This document shows, piece after piece, positions 40,689 to 51,884 of a stretch of DNA of 64,000 bases. This DNA is from an uncultured Gammaproteobacteria bacterium. Its GTDB lineage: Bacteria > Pseudomonadota > Gammaproteobacteria > JACCXJ01. The position numbers and the translations under genes were made by a program. A model generated the notes under the pieces. It ran no database searches. It had not been told where the DNA came from and saw only the letters and a list, made by a program, of their open reading frames with translations. Each line of letters starts with the position of its first letter. Position 1 is the stretch's first letter. The stretch lies in assembly GCA_963764725.1 (NCBI GenBank), contig CAVXTM010000012.1, positions 288,001 to 352,000 of the forward strand. The letters run 5' to 3'.

Positions 40689-42548
40689 TTGTCCAATCGG
40701 TTCCGACTGACGCTCAAGCTCTACGATAAGGGACCCCGGGTCCTGCGGATGGAGGCCATCGCGCACAATATCAAAGGGCTGCGCTGCGGGGGGCGGTGGA
40801 GAAGCTCTCGATCATGCTGGGCAAGCTTCAGCGTATACTTTCTCAACGTGCTCCAGGCCCCGCATCTCAGCTTTTTACCAGACGGCGTGCTCAATGCATT
40901 GGGCGAACCGGCTCAACGCGGCTCGCGGCGGCTCGCCGATGTAGATCTGCAAAAACCACGGATGCGGGCGGTCGCTGAGGCGGTGCTGGCCCCCCAACCC
41001 GAAGGCTTTACGGTGACCGAGATCGCGGGGAAGGTGCGAGAGACAACCCGCCAAAGCGTCTCCCTACGCTACTCGTCTGGCCACCTACGATCTGATAGAA
41101 CTGCGAGGCAGGCGTTGGTCTAGGGCATCGACAACGCGCGACGCTATCGCCTCCTTCCGGCGGGTTTCCGAACCTTGGCGGAGTGGCTGATTTTGCGCGA
41201 GAAGTTTTTCAACCGGTATTGGCCAGTACTGTATAAGTTATAATCTTATCTGACAGTTAGTATTCTCTGCGTGTTAGTCATATAAAAGTGACGACAGAGG
41301 AGAACGACGATGACTCAGAGTGAGAGAATCATTCGACCGAAGCTAGGCTTGTTGGAGCTGGCGAAGCAATTGGGGAATGTCTCGAGGGTCTGCCAGATCA
41401 TGGGCTACAGCCGGGACAGTTTTTATCGGTATAAGGAGTTATACGAGACCGGTGGGGAGTTGGCGCTGCAATGAGCTTTCCAGGCGCAAGCCGAACATCA
41501 AGAACCGGGTGGCGCTGGAGGTGGAGGAAGCGGTAGTGCGGCTGGCGATTGAGCAGCCGGCCTGGGGCCAGGTGCGGGTTTCGAACGAACTGAGGAAAGA
41601 CGGACTGGTGTCTCCCCGGCGGGGGTACGCTGTATGTGGCAACGGCATGATTTAGAGAATATGGACAAACGCTTGAAGGCTTTGGAAGCGAAGATGGCCC
41701 AGGAAGGGGTGGTGCTGACCGAGGCGCAGGGGCGCTCGAGCGGGCCAAGCAAGAGAAGGAAGCCCATGGGGAATTTGGGAGCGAATGCCCAGGCTGCTGC
41801 GGTACCCAGGATACGTTTTATGTCGGGATGCTCAAGGGGGTGGGCCGGATCTATCAGCAGACGTTCATCGACACCTACAGCAAGGTGGCGATGGCGAAAC
41901 TCTATGATCGGAAGACTCCGCTGACAGCGGCCGATTTACTGAACGACCGGGTGGTCCCCGTTTTTGCTGAACACGGCATCGCGCTCCTGCGGGTGTTGAC
42001 TGATCGGGGCACGGAATATTGCGGCAATCCCGAGCATCACGAATATGAGCTGTACCTCGGTGGAAAACATCGACCACACCCGCACCCAAACGAAAAGCCC
42101 CCAGACCAACGGGATCTGCGAGCGCTTCCATAAAACCGTGCTTAACGAATTCTACCGGGTGCAGTTCCGAAAGAAGATCTACACGACCATCGAGGAATTG
42201 CAAAGCGATTTGGATGCCTGGCTGATTAGCTACAACGAACAACGCCCCCATCAAGGCCGGTGGTGTTATGGGAAAACCCCTAGGCACACGTTTCTCGATA
42301 GTCTATCTTTAGCGAAAGAGAAGCTCCTGGCGGCGTAAGTGACAACCGACAGTTTTAACCCGACTAACAACTTGCAGACACATACAGTGGACTGTCAAAT
42401 CAGGTATTGACTTTTACACCAGTACCGACAAACCGCGGGCCGGTTAACCGCCAGACCGCCAACCCAGATCCATCCCCTGGACCAGCACTATATAAACCTC
42501 CAACGCGAAATGTATCGCACGTTTAAAACGCTTGCGCTCGCCGCTTGA
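40689..42548 (+). mobile_element. Degenerate transposase-like gene interrupted by IS481
   Basis: LTLKLYDKGPRVLRMEAIAHN...DLQKPRMRAV...EGFT lies before the IS; IHPLDQHYINLQREMYRTFKTLALAA* follows it (42426-42548). Confidence 0.6.
41230..42418 (+). mobile_element. IS481-family insertion sequence; transposase frameshifted
   Basis: IRL TGTATAAGTTATAATCTTATCTGACAG; IRR (rev. comp.) TGTAAAAGTCAATACCTGATTTGACAG; CCAGTAC on both flanks; [53 protein letters not shown]. Confidence 0.95.
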
Positions 42549-42599
42549 AAGCCCGACCTTACGACCACCATGTTCGTTTTAACGCAGAGCGGTAAGCGG

Positions 42600-43523
42600 T
42601 TATCGTGCAACTGCCTGATATGCATCAAAGGCCGGCTTCTTGGTGTTATCGCTCTGTACTAGGCCGAACGCGGTCCCTCTTTTCGGGTTATCCTTCAGCT
42701 GAAACCACCAAATCCCCTCAAGAAACGGCACCGCCGCCGCTCGCCTATAGAGTTCGGTGACAAACTCGACCTCAAGCTGATCATTATTGCCGTGGAACCC
42801 GGCCTCAGACACGATGATGGGAATGGTTCTCCCCGCCATTGCCCTAACAAGGTCCTGTCTGTCTTTGATGACCTGAATGAACTTATCGGCCCCGACCGAT
42901 CCGGGCGCGTCGGCATCGACATGGCCCGGCCAGTTTTGCCGGTAGACGTACAAGTGCACGGACAACACGTCCATGCAGTCTCCCGCGCCGGCATCGAGCA
43001 TGCCACGAATAAACTTTTCGTTCGCTCCTGCTACTGCGCCACCGGCAATTTTGGCCTTCGGCTCAACCGCCTTGATTGCATCGTAGGTCCTGCAGAGCAG
43101 GTCGGTATACATGGCGGCATCGTTGCAGGGGGGCTCCTTCCAATTGCAACCGAGACCGATCCCTCCGTTCCATTCGTTCCAGACTTCGTAATATTCGACT
43201 TTGCTGCCGTATTCTTGGGCGAGATCGGCGGAGCGGTCCGCGTAACACTGCCTCCCGCTTTCCGTTGTCGGATTACACCCTCTGGCGTAACCGAGCATGA
43301 AAGCAACCCGCTTGCCGTTTTGAAAAGCCCATTCGATGGCGCTCTTTTGGAAAGGATAGTCTGTGCGTACGGAGTGTGCGCCAAGCTCGGCGGTGAACGC
43401 CTTATGGGTGTTTTGCATCCCCCCTCCAGGGACTGGATTGAGACCGACATCAAACGCGGAAGCAATAGACGGAACGCTTATAAAAAACACTCCTGCTGCA
43501 AGGATGAGAGATTTGAAAAACAT
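42600..43523 (-). CDS. Clan GH-A glycoside hydrolase, paralogue 3: signal peptide + catalytic barrel only
   Basis: MFFKSLILAAGVFFISVPSIASA/FDVGLN; YEVWNE; IIVSEAG; FGLV..KKPAF. Confidence 0.85.
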   Translation of the reverse strand: MFFKSLILAAGVFFISVPSIASAFDVGLNPVPGGGMQNTHKAFTAELGAHSVRTDYPFQKSAIEWAFQNGKRVAFMLGYARGCNPTTESGRQCYADRSADLAQEYGSKVEYYEVWNEWNGGIGLGCNWKEPPCNDAAMYTDLLCRTYDAIKAVEPKAKIAGGAVAGANEKFIRGMLDAGAGDCMDVLSVHLYVYRQNWPGHVDADAPGSVGADKFIQVIKDRQDLVRAMAGRTIPIIVSEAGFHGNNDQLEVEFVTELYRRAAAVPFLEGIWWFQLKDNPKRGTAFGLVQSDNTKKPAFDAYQAVAR

Positions 43524-43831
43524 TTTCACGGCCCCCCTGAAGAAAAATTTGTAGCACATAAAAGCGCCTTCTTTTTGTAAGCACACGACACGCCACCCTT
43601 TTGGAAGGCGGCATGGACGAGGTACTGTAATCCTTGCCACATCTTAACCACAATAGCGAACTCGCTCGGAGCGCGAGAAGTGTGACACGGTTATCAAATT
43701 CCTCGCCATCTTTCTGGGTTGCGGTTACATGAACTTGTACCATGCCCTGAAAATTGCACTGTAGGCGTGCGGAACTGCATACGCGGCATCTTTATGAAAT
43801 ATGACAAGCTGCTGCATTTTTGGGAGCGGAG

Positions 43832-44000
43832 CGCTGGTGCCTTCGATGATCGATTCCGTTATGGTACTGTGACGACCCTCGCCGACACGCTGCCCCATGC
43901 AAGCGTGGCCTTGATCGGTCCGTATCCAAAGGATGCAAATAAGCTATTAGGCACAAGAGGCAACCTGCATTTGCTTGGACCGAGGAGTTATGCGCGACTC
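43832..44000 (+). repeat. ~170-bp internal copy of the glycosyltransferase gene segment 52905-53071
   Basis: Near-identical ACTGTGACGACCCTCGCCGACACGCTGCCCCATGCAA...GGACCGAGGAGTTATGCGCGACT. Confidence 0.92.
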
Positions 44001-44149
44001 ATAAGTTAGGTACTTAAGCCCTGGTCGAAAACTGGTTCCAAACCCAGTTAGAGGCGTCCGATGCGCCTATCGCGTTGAGGGTGGGCACGGAGAGCGTTGG
44101 TTGCAAGAAAGGCGACGGCATTGTGCGCCGCTACCATGGCTCCCATCAC

Positions 44150-45274
44150 ATGTTCATAGAGGCCCAAAAAACTGTGCGAACTGCTGGGGCTGCCCATGGG
44201 CGAGGAGCCCTTGCGATGAACACCGCCAGGGAGTTCGCCCCGCAGATCGGCATTGCGGCCGCCTGCGTAGGGCTCGGGGTGGCCCGTGCGACGTTCTACC
44301 GCGCGCAGCGTCCGGTGTCGGTGCAAGCAGCCCAATGTCCCGCATGCATCCTCGCCCCGGGCACTGAGCGTACCGGAACAGCACACGATCCTCGAGTGGC
44401 TGCACGCCCCGCCGTACGCGGATCTCAGCCCCCACACCGTGTTCGCCCTGCTGCTCGATGCGGGTCGCTACCTCGCCTCGGTGTCCACCTTCTACCGGCT
44501 GCTGCGCGCCTCGGGCGAGACCCGCGGGCGGCGCAATGAGCTCACCCACCCCGCCTACGCCAAGCCCGAGCTGCTCGCCAGCGGCCCGCGCGAGCTGTGG
44601 TCCTGGGATATCACCAAGCTCAAGGGGCCGGCCAAGTGGGTGTGCTTTCACCTCTACGTGATCCTCGACGTCTTCTGCCGCTACGTGGTCGGCTGGATGA
44701 TCGCGCCGCGGGAGTCGGCCGAGCTCGCCCATCAACTCATCGCCGCCACCTGCGACAAGGAAGACATCGTCGCGGGCAACTCACCCTGCATGCCGACCGC
44801 GGCACCTCGATGCGCTCCAAGCCCGTGGCGCTTTTGCTCGCCGATCTCGGTGTCACCAGAAGCCACAGCCGGCCGCATGTCAGCGATGACAATCCGTACT
44901 CGGAAGCGCACTTCAAGACCCTGAAGTACCAGCCCGACTTCCCGGCGCGCTTTGACTCCATCGAGCACGCCCGTGCCTTCTGTCAGGGGTTCTTCGCCTG
45001 GTACAACCACGCCCATCGGCACTCCGGCATCGGCTACATGACGCCAGCGGCGGTGCACACCGGCCAGGCGCCGCGGCTCTACGCCGCCCGCCAACAGGTG
45101 CTCGATCAGGCGTTCGTCGCGCATCCCGAACGCTTCACACGCCGTCATCAGACACCACCCGCTCTTCCGGTGCAGGTCGGCATCAACCTTCCAAAACCCA
45201 CGCTGCGCGTACCCGGGGAAACCCAGCGTCCGACACTAAAATCCCCGCAACTGGTGTCTCAGAGATGTTGACAC
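44150..45274 (+). mobile_element. IS3-family element, 5'-truncated, orfB frameshifted
   Basis: orfA tail IEAQKKLCELLG; orfB PRELWSWDITKLKGP, ILDVFCRYVVGW, HADRGTSM, SRPHVSDDNPYSEAHFKTLKY; end ...TGTTGACA. Confidence 0.92.
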
Positions 45275-45369
45275 ATTCCGGCCCCGCTCGCACTATTGGC
45301 CACCGCGCGTTTCTGGGATTGCTTAATGGCGAATTTGCACAAACGTGAAACTTTTTTGGGGGGCGTAGC

Positions 45370-46224
45370 ATGGAGTGGATTGCGATTGTTGGCGAAATGA
45401 AGGCTGCGACAAGCTCAGTACACGCCGCGCTGTCTAGGCACCCCGACGTTGTTGGGACCGAGCCAAAAGAAACCGAGTTTTGGCGATATTCGCGCATGAA
45501 TCCCCGTCTCTATGCGCGGAGGTTTCTGCCTGACCGAATTATCCCGGAGCAGGGCCAGGTGTTGGACGGTAGTGTAAGGGCCACTAGGAGCGCCCGAGAT
45601 GCCCAAGATTTTTTAAATGGCTGTCGTCGAGTTGGTCCTCCTAAGTGCCTTGTACTGGTACACCGTAATGAAGCGGACCGTTTGAAGAGTTTTTCAGCGC
45701 ACGTATTGCAGCTAGAGTACTGGCGTTCAACCGAGGGCCAAGTCCCCCGCGCTATTGAGGCTGGGCTTGCGGCGCTTAACCTGAAAAAAACGTTTGGCCT
45801 GATATCTGACTCATTGCCAAAAACCAAGGTGGTTATCGTGAGCTTTAAAGCTTTGGGATCAAACTTTGAGGATACAATTGCGCGCCTGCATAAAGCTCTG
45901 GGCTTGGCTCCCGGTCCCAAAAACGCGGTTTGGGAAAACGCAAAATCGGGGCAGCGTAGACTCTATTTTCCAATTAGGGTACTTCCAGGGAGAGCACGCG
46001 CGCTTCGAATTGTCAGACAAATGCTCGGCAAGGATCGCGCAGCAAAACTTCGACTATTTCTGTCTGGACGCGGGCGGATTTGGGATTCCAACGCGAGTCT
46101 GAAACAGGCTTTGGACGCAGCGCAACCACAAATTAGCATAATTCAAAAGGAAAATCTGGCGTTTCTCAAGAAATTGGCGACCAATGGGAATACTGAATTC
46201 GTGGGTTTTGAGGGCGGACCATGA
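45370..46224 (+). CDS. Sulfotransferase-like protein (divergent)
   Basis: IVGEMKAATSS (5'-PSB-like), HPDV...KETEFW, LVHRNEADRLKS (3'-PB-like). Confidence 0.7.
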   Translation: MEWIAIVGEMKAATSSVHAALSRHPDVVGTEPKETEFWRYSRMNPRLYARRFLPDRIIPEQGQVLDGSVRATRSARDAQDFLNGCRRVGPPKCLVLVHRNEADRLKSFSAHVLQLEYWRSTEGQVPRAIEAGLAALNLKKTFGLISDSLPKTKVVIVSFKALGSNFEDTIARLHKALGLAPGPKNAVWENAKSGQRRLYFPIRVLPGRARALRIVRQMLGKDRAAKLRLFLSGRGRIWDSNASLKQALDAAQPQISIIQKENLAFLKKLATNGNTEFVGFEGGP

Positions 46225-47300
46225 GTTCGGCAAATCCGCAGCTTAGTCCTCCAGGATTTCGTGGGCCGGATTATTGCTTTGTTGCGGAAACGGTACGGCC
46301 GGGGGGTAAATTTCAGGTAATGCTTGAACAAATGCGTGTTCTGCTTTCACGCGGCGATATAGTCGAGGTTGTCGCGGGAGAAATTAGCCCTGAGATAACC
46401 AATGACCTGACCTCGCAAGGAATTTTGGTCCATCCCCTCCGGCCCTACCAAGGGGGAAGTGTCACCAACTGTGGGGCATGGTTTTTTCGACAAAGGGAAC
46501 TTGTTTCAAATCACATTCCCAACGCTGCTGTCGTGGTAAATCATACCAATTTGCCCCAGTACTTCCCTCGGCTAAGGCGATGCCTCCATTATGTACATAG
46601 GCCCCCAGTGGCCCGCGCGACTTCGGCGTACGCGCATTTTGTGCTCGGCATAGTGGCGGGTCGGCCCAGGTCGAATCAAGCCGGGTTGATTGTGGCCAAC
46701 AGCCGGTTTACCGCCGAAATTTTGCATTCGCAGGGGTGGACTTCTGTAGCGCCAGCGGTTTTGTATCCCCCCGTGCCCCAGGCCCCTCTGGTCACATCTA
46801 TGCGCAAGCAAAAAATGGTCTTGTCCCTAGGGCTCCTGACGCCAGGCAAGAACCACCATCTCCTGGCTGACTTGGCCAAGAAAATGCCGGATTATTGTTT
46901 TGTAGTGGCCGGTCGAGGGCAACGCCCCCGGTACGTTGCCCATTTGAAAGGTCTGGCCCGCAAAATTGGTAACCTCGAGATTGAGGTTGATATTTCTTCG
47001 GTGCGCAAACGCCAATTGTTGGAAACAAGTGAGGTGCTGGTCCACTTGAAAACTTTTGAGCACTTTGGAATTGCTCCGGTCGAAGCAATGGCGCATGGCA
47101 CGCGGGCTCTAGCTTTTGACGCGGGCGGCCCTCGCGAAACACTGCCATGGGCTTCGCACCGGTTCAAAGCGGTAAATGAGCTTCCATTGATGATTCGGAG
47201 CGGCGAATGCAGGCAGACGGCCGAGTACGTATCAAACGCGCGGCGGTTCGCTCCAGATATACATCGGCATGGGTTTGAGGCCTTGTTGCACGACATATGA
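46221..47300 (+). CDS. Glycosyltransferase family 4
   Basis: VANSRFT, VLYPPV, LGLLTPGKNH, FEHFGIAPVEAMAHG, GGPRE. Confidence 0.88.
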   Translation: MSSANPQLSPPGFRGPDYCFVAETVRPGGKFQVMLEQMRVLLSRGDIVEVVAGEISPEITNDLTSQGILVHPLRPYQGGSVTNCGAWFFRQRELVSNHIPNAAVVVNHTNLPQYFPRLRRCLHYVHRPPVARATSAYAHFVLGIVAGRPRSNQAGLIVANSRFTAEILHSQGWTSVAPAVLYPPVPQAPLVTSMRKQKMVLSLGLLTPGKNHHLLADLAKKMPDYCFVVAGRGQRPRYVAHLKGLARKIGNLEIEVDISSVRKRQLLETSEVLVHLKTFEHFGIAPVEAMAHGTRALAFDAGGPRETLPWASHRFKAVNELPLMIRSGECRQTAEYVSNARRFAPDIHRHGFEALLHDI

Positions 47301-47399
47301 AGCCCCTGAAATATTGGCCAGTGAGGTTCTGGTGCTAGCCCAGCTAAGAGCGGTAGTCTTCGATTAACTTTGCGTGACCCGCCACCATGTCTTCCCACT

Positions 47400-47665
47400 G
47401 GGGCTGTATGGGTGGACGATATTGTCGAAGTATAGCTTTTCATACATCTTCATGGTTGCCGAGCGGCACAACCGCAGCGAAATGAGTTTCGCCAACCGCG
47501 TTCAACCCGGGCGCAGGTCCGCACAAAACACTTGATGCTGCCTTGACGGCTTCAAGGGCCACGTAGGGAATTCCCGCCTCGTAAGTTAATGAGATGACGA
47601 GCGCGCCAGCATGTTCGAATACGTACGTTGGCAGGTTTTTCGACATATCCTAGGAGCTGCACATT
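47400..47665 (-). pseudogene. GT4 C-terminal fragment
   Basis: NVQLLGYV...ALVISLTYEAGIPYVALEAV. Confidence 0.55.
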
Positions 47666-47757
47666 CGTAGTGCCGCAAGCATAACGCTGGACCTTGTCCC
47701 ATAATGGGCCTGACCCGGCCAGCGCAAACTTCAGGTGCTGATTGAAGGAACTCTATG

Positions 47758-47890
47758 CTATTGGTTAAACAGGTCTTCTTGGCGATCGAGATCGTCCTGA
47801 TTCTTTACGTAAGCACGGAGCATCTATTCGTCCAATCCCACCGTACTGATGCAGTATCCCCTCGACCAGAAATGCTTCCCGGGAAAGCCT
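47758..47890 (-). mobile_element. IS200/IS605 tnpA 3' fragment
   Basis: FPGKHFWSRGYCISTVGLDE*MLRAYVKNQ, with an in-frame stop. Confidence 0.8.
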
Positions 47891-47945
47891 TGCTTCACAC
47901 GCATCGAGCGTGAGATAAGCCTTCCACCTGCTTGACACATCTGTG

Positions 47946-48932
47946 TCAAGAGAAGTCTGCTGGTGCCATCGTCCGCCAGTGGTGGAGAGAGCTCGAGAAA
48001 TCGTACTTGAATTCGAAACCGCTGCGGATCAAATAGTCCGGCTTGATGTTGGTCGGGAAAGCGGCCTTGCGCACGCGCATCGGGTGGATGGCGCTCGCCT
48101 TGCCACAGGCCGCTTGAGCGGCCTGGATCACCGCCGCCGATGCTACAAGCACCGCCATCGGAATCCGCGGCGTCGGTCGTCGAATGTTGAAGAAGGACTT
48201 GATTTCAGCGACCAGCTCGCCAAGCGGTTGCGCGGGATATTCAGCGTAGTTGTACACGATGAAGCGGGCGGTTTTCGCCATTACGAACTCCATGCTGTCG
48301 ACCAGTCCGTACACATACCCGTATGCTTTGACGACGCTCGGCGGCCCTGGGAAAACGAATGTGCCCCGTCGAAGAGCTTTTATCATGCGTAGCACGTTGC
48401 CGGGATCTCCAGGGCCGTACACGACCCCTGGTCTGCATATGACTACGCGGCGGGCCGGGTCTCGGGCAAGCCAAACCTCGTGGATCTTCTCCGCCAGCGC
48501 TTTTGAGATCCCATACGGGGTCTCCGCGTACAACGGTGATGCCTCCGTTCTCTCCTCCAACGACCTCCCGTACGGCGCGATGCTACTCATGAAGAACAGT
48601 TTCTTAAAACCTAGCCGCTCGGCAAAGCTCGTGACTGAGTAAGCCCCTGTGACGTTGGTGTCGAAGTACTCTCGCGGCTCGTGTCCGGGCTCCCGGTGTA
48701 CTGCCGCCAGATCCACGACCCAGCTCGAATCTGGATCGAAATCGTCGATCTCCTGCTCGATGGGACGCCGGACATCGGCGATCTTGCTGACCAACCGTTC
48801 GCCAGTAAGGTCGCTCGGGTTTAGATCGAACACATACAATCGGTCGAAGCTCTTGTTCTGTAGGAGTCGCTCGGCTAGCTTCGTCCCGATGTAGCCGGAC
48901 CCACCGAAAACCACACAGGTTCGCGTCTTCAT
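47946..48932 (-). CDS. NAD-dependent epimerase/dehydratase
   Basis: GGSGYIG, LAAVHREPGH, TNVTG, SSIAPYG, YGISK, RPGVVYGPG. Confidence 0.92.
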   Translation of the reverse strand: MKTRTCVVFGGSGYIGTKLAERLLQNKSFDRLYVFDLNPSDLTGERLVSKIADVRRPIEQEIDDFDPDSSWVVDLAAVHREPGHEPREYFDTNVTGAYSVTSFAERLGFKKLFFMSSIAPYGRSLEERTEASPLYAETPYGISKALAEKIHEVWLARDPARRVVICRPGVVYGPGDPGNVLRMIKALRRGTFVFPGPPSVVKAYGYVYGLVDSMEFVMAKTARFIVYNYAEYPAQPLGELVAEIKSFFNIRRPTPRIPMAVLVASAAVIQAAQAACGKASAIHPMRVRKAAFPTNIKPDYLIRSGFEFKYDFSSSLHHWRTMAPADFS

Positions 48933-49559
48933 AACTCTTACTCTCCGAGCCGTGACGCGGGACCCGCGCCTTCCAGAGCCTCTTGAACCCCTCCTTTCAT
49001 GGCTTCGAGAATGCGTCCTGGTTGAAGCGTATCACGCGCTCGCAGATCCACGCGGGAACGCAGTCGTCCATCACGGGCCGAGATCGATCGATCAAGTTAT
49101 CGAGGAACGCCACTGTCGCGTCGAGGGACGAATACCCCTCGCGCGTGAGGCGTCGGAGACCTTCGCTGCCGCTCCACCTCGGCTGTGGAGCGCGTCGCTA
49201 TTACCTCGGCCAACACCCTAGCCAGGTCCGCCTGGCCCAGAAACATTCGCGCGTTCGCTCTTAGCATAACATCACGAAGCTAGGGGAGCGACCGTCCGGT
49301 GAAACGCAATCCGTACCCCCCGGCACGCCTCGGCTTACGCCTTCCCCGCCGCCGGAGGGCGCTCCTGTGACGGACTCCCACGGGGTAAAATGCCTAGCGG
49401 CGCGCCATCGCAATGGCCAAGTTCGGCATCAAAAGAATGAAGGACAACTCCATAGTAAGACCTCCGCAACTTTCTAAGAATCGCGCCTAGGCGTGCAACA
49501 ACGTCAAAATCGCGGCCACGACGTCATCGCCACGCTGCACGAGGCGTGCGCGAGGTTAC

Positions 49560-50029
49560 ACGCGCTACAGCGGCGACGGGGCGTCGGCCCGCTACGCAGT
49601 CGAATGTGGCGAGTTCGACACCTTGCAGATGTCGATCAACATCGCCGATCATGAGGCCCTGGACCTGGTGCTGCGCTTGGCGCGCGCGGACAAGCTCAGC
49701 GTGATCGCAAAACGGCCCGTGGCTAACGCTGCGTGGCGTAGCGATCAGAAGCCCCGGAATTCGTATCACCATACCTATTGGAAGCGATTACGAAAGCTGG
49801 ATTACGATTTTTTGGAGGGCGATCTCGCAAGCGCCATCGGCACGGTACTGTGCTTCACGCTGAGCCACAGCTGTGCACACGGCCATCATCAGCACGGCCG
49901 AGCCCGGGGGGCGGTGGCGCGAGAACGCCGGACTCCTGGAAGCCGGGACCCCTGCCGCTCGAAGAGATAGAGCGGGTCCGGGCGCGCTGGCGTGTCGTCG
50001 CCGACCCGAGCTGGGCGCGGCAAGTCTGA
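49560..50029 (+). pseudogene. Aldo/keto reductase C-terminal remnant
   Basis: FDTLQMSINIAD, VIAKRPVANAAW, CFTLS...VHTAII...WRENA across shifting frames. Confidence 0.7.
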
Positions 50030-50089
50030 TTTCGGGTGCGCCGTTCGACGGCGGCGCGAGCACCGGCGCCGGCCCATCGGAAGCCTGGC

Positions 50090-51220
50090 CTATGCAGCCC
50101 CTAACGCTCTCCGATAGCCTGCTAGGGTCTCTTCTGCCATGCGCTCGATGGTGAAGCTCGCCGCACGCTGCCGTGCGACCTCGCCACAGCGCGCGCGCAA
50201 GGCGTCATCGGTTAACAGCCGCACGCAGGCATCGGCGAGAGCCGCTGCGTCGTCGGGTACCATGAAACCCGCCTCGCTATCTGCCAGCAGGTCAGGGGCG
50301 ATCCCGACCGGGGTGCTGACCGCCGGCACCCCTGCTTGCGCCGCCTCAACCAACACATAACCGAAGCTTTCGTAGGCGCTCGTGAGCAGCAGTACGTCGA
50401 AGGCTTTCATCAAAGCTGACGCCTCTTCCGTGTGGGTGAGCATCACGTTGCCGCAGGTCGCCTTTGTCGTTTCGGTTAGCAACTCGCCATCTCCGATCAT
50501 GCAGAGAACTGCGTCGGGCAGGCGTTGCCGGATCCGGGCATGGGTATGCACTGCGAGTAGGGGATTCTTCTGGAGGCACAAGCGGCCTACGAAACCGACC
50601 ACCGGGGCCGTCTCGGGCAAGCCCAACAGGCGCCGAGCGTCGCTGCGCGAGCGATAAGCGATGGCCGGCAGCCCGTTGTGCACCACTGTGAGGCGGTGCT
50701 CGGGCAAACCTATGTCCACGGCATGTCGCCGTTCGTATTCTGAGTTCACGATGATCATCTCGGCACGCCAGGCGAGGATCCGCTCTAGCGTGGAGTAAAG
50801 CCGCCGGGATCTGCAACTCTGATGCACATTGAGTGTGTACAAGGCATGAGGGGTGTATACGCGCGCTCCGCTGGAGCGGCCGAACGCCAGACGAACCAGC
50901 GCGCCGCCTTTGCTGCTATGCCCGTGCAGCACATCGTAAGGCCCGTTCTCGCGCAGCTTCTGCCGAAAGGCGGCCATCATGCACACATCCCGTGGACTGG
51001 GCCCGGTCGTCGTCGCAAAACCCCAGGTACGCACGCCACGCGCGGCCAGCCCCTTTAATTGCTGCTCGAACAAGGACATCAGGCGCGGCGTGCCGTACCA
51101 CAGGTCCGCCGCGTGGCCGCGGTCGAGCAAGCCATGGGCCAGCTCGTGCACATGACGTGCGACGCCTGTCGCAGTGGCTTCGATGACGAGCAAGATGCGT
51201 AGCGAGCTTGGATCTGCCAT
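50090..51220 (-). CDS. Glycosyltransferase family 4
   Basis: TGVARHV, HGHSSKGG, YTPH, GFVGRLCLQKNP, YESFGYVLVEAAQAGVP. Confidence 0.92.
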   Translation of the reverse strand: MADPSSLRILLVIEATATGVARHVHELAHGLLDRGHAADLWYGTPRLMSLFEQQLKGLAARGVRTWGFATTTGPSPRDVCMMAAFRQKLRENGPYDVLHGHSSKGGALVRLAFGRSSGARVYTPHALYTLNVHQSCRSRRLYSTLERILAWRAEMIIVNSEYERRHAVDIGLPEHRLTVVHNGLPAIAYRSRSDARRLLGLPETAPVVGFVGRLCLQKNPLLAVHTHARIRQRLPDAVLCMIGDGELLTETTKATCGNVMLTHTEEASALMKAFDVLLLTSAYESFGYVLVEAAQAGVPAVSTPVGIAPDLLADSEAGFMVPDDAAALADACVRLLTDDALRARCGEVARQRAASFTIERMAEETLAGYRRALGAA

Positions 51221-51340
51221 GCGTTCGGTGTCGGTCAGGGTGCGGAGGCGGTGAGAATATTCGCGTCGTCTTGATTTGGTTAGAGCTGGTTGACCCCGGA
51301 GAATGGCTTAAGCGCGGATCGCACAGGCGGCAAAGGCGGT

Positions 51341-51760
51341 GATGTGCATGCAGTCATGCTCAAGATCAACCCCCAAAGCGGCCAATCGAGAGATCCCGGA
51401 CTGGGTAGACTCCGCTTTCATAGGCGTTTCTCACAACATTAGTTCATGGCATCGTTTAATTTCCATAATGCAAGGTACAGGGGGTTTCTACGCTCGTGGT
51501 CCTGCCTTCTCGCATGATGCTCGCCTCGTTATTATTTTTTTGACAACGTCCCATACGCTGAGCGCAGACTTTTCCCAACTGTACTTGGCCGCTTGCTTCA
51601 ATCCTTTGTGCCGCATGTCGTCCTGTTTACCGCAGTCATGCAACACTTGCACAATTTTTTCTGCTATATCCGTAGGGTCGTACGGATCACAGTATAGTGC
51701 AGCATCGCCGCATACCTCAGGAAGCGAAGCCGCCTTCGACACAATCACTGGGCATCCGAG
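51341..51760 (-). pseudogene. GT4 3' remnant followed by the 5' remnant of a lipoprotein gene (duplicate of 37158-37490)
   Basis: VIVSKAASLPEVCGDAALYCDPYD...KYSWEKSA, then MKAESTQSGISRLAALGV(fs)ILSMTACTSPPLPP. Confidence 0.8.
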
Positions 51761-51884
51761 TAAAGAAACGCCCGTTAATGACCACGAACATATTATAAGG
51801 CAAACCTCTTTCGGTTATGGGTTAAATTAGCCTATCATTCTTGAGCGCGCCGGCTGGCGAAAGTTAGCTTGGTTCGTGGATTAA

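Noticed and set aside
36205-43523. GH paralogue repeats as template/variable repeats of a diversity-generating retroelement
   Set aside because: No reverse transcriptase in the window, differences are not restricted to adenines, and all copies are coding.
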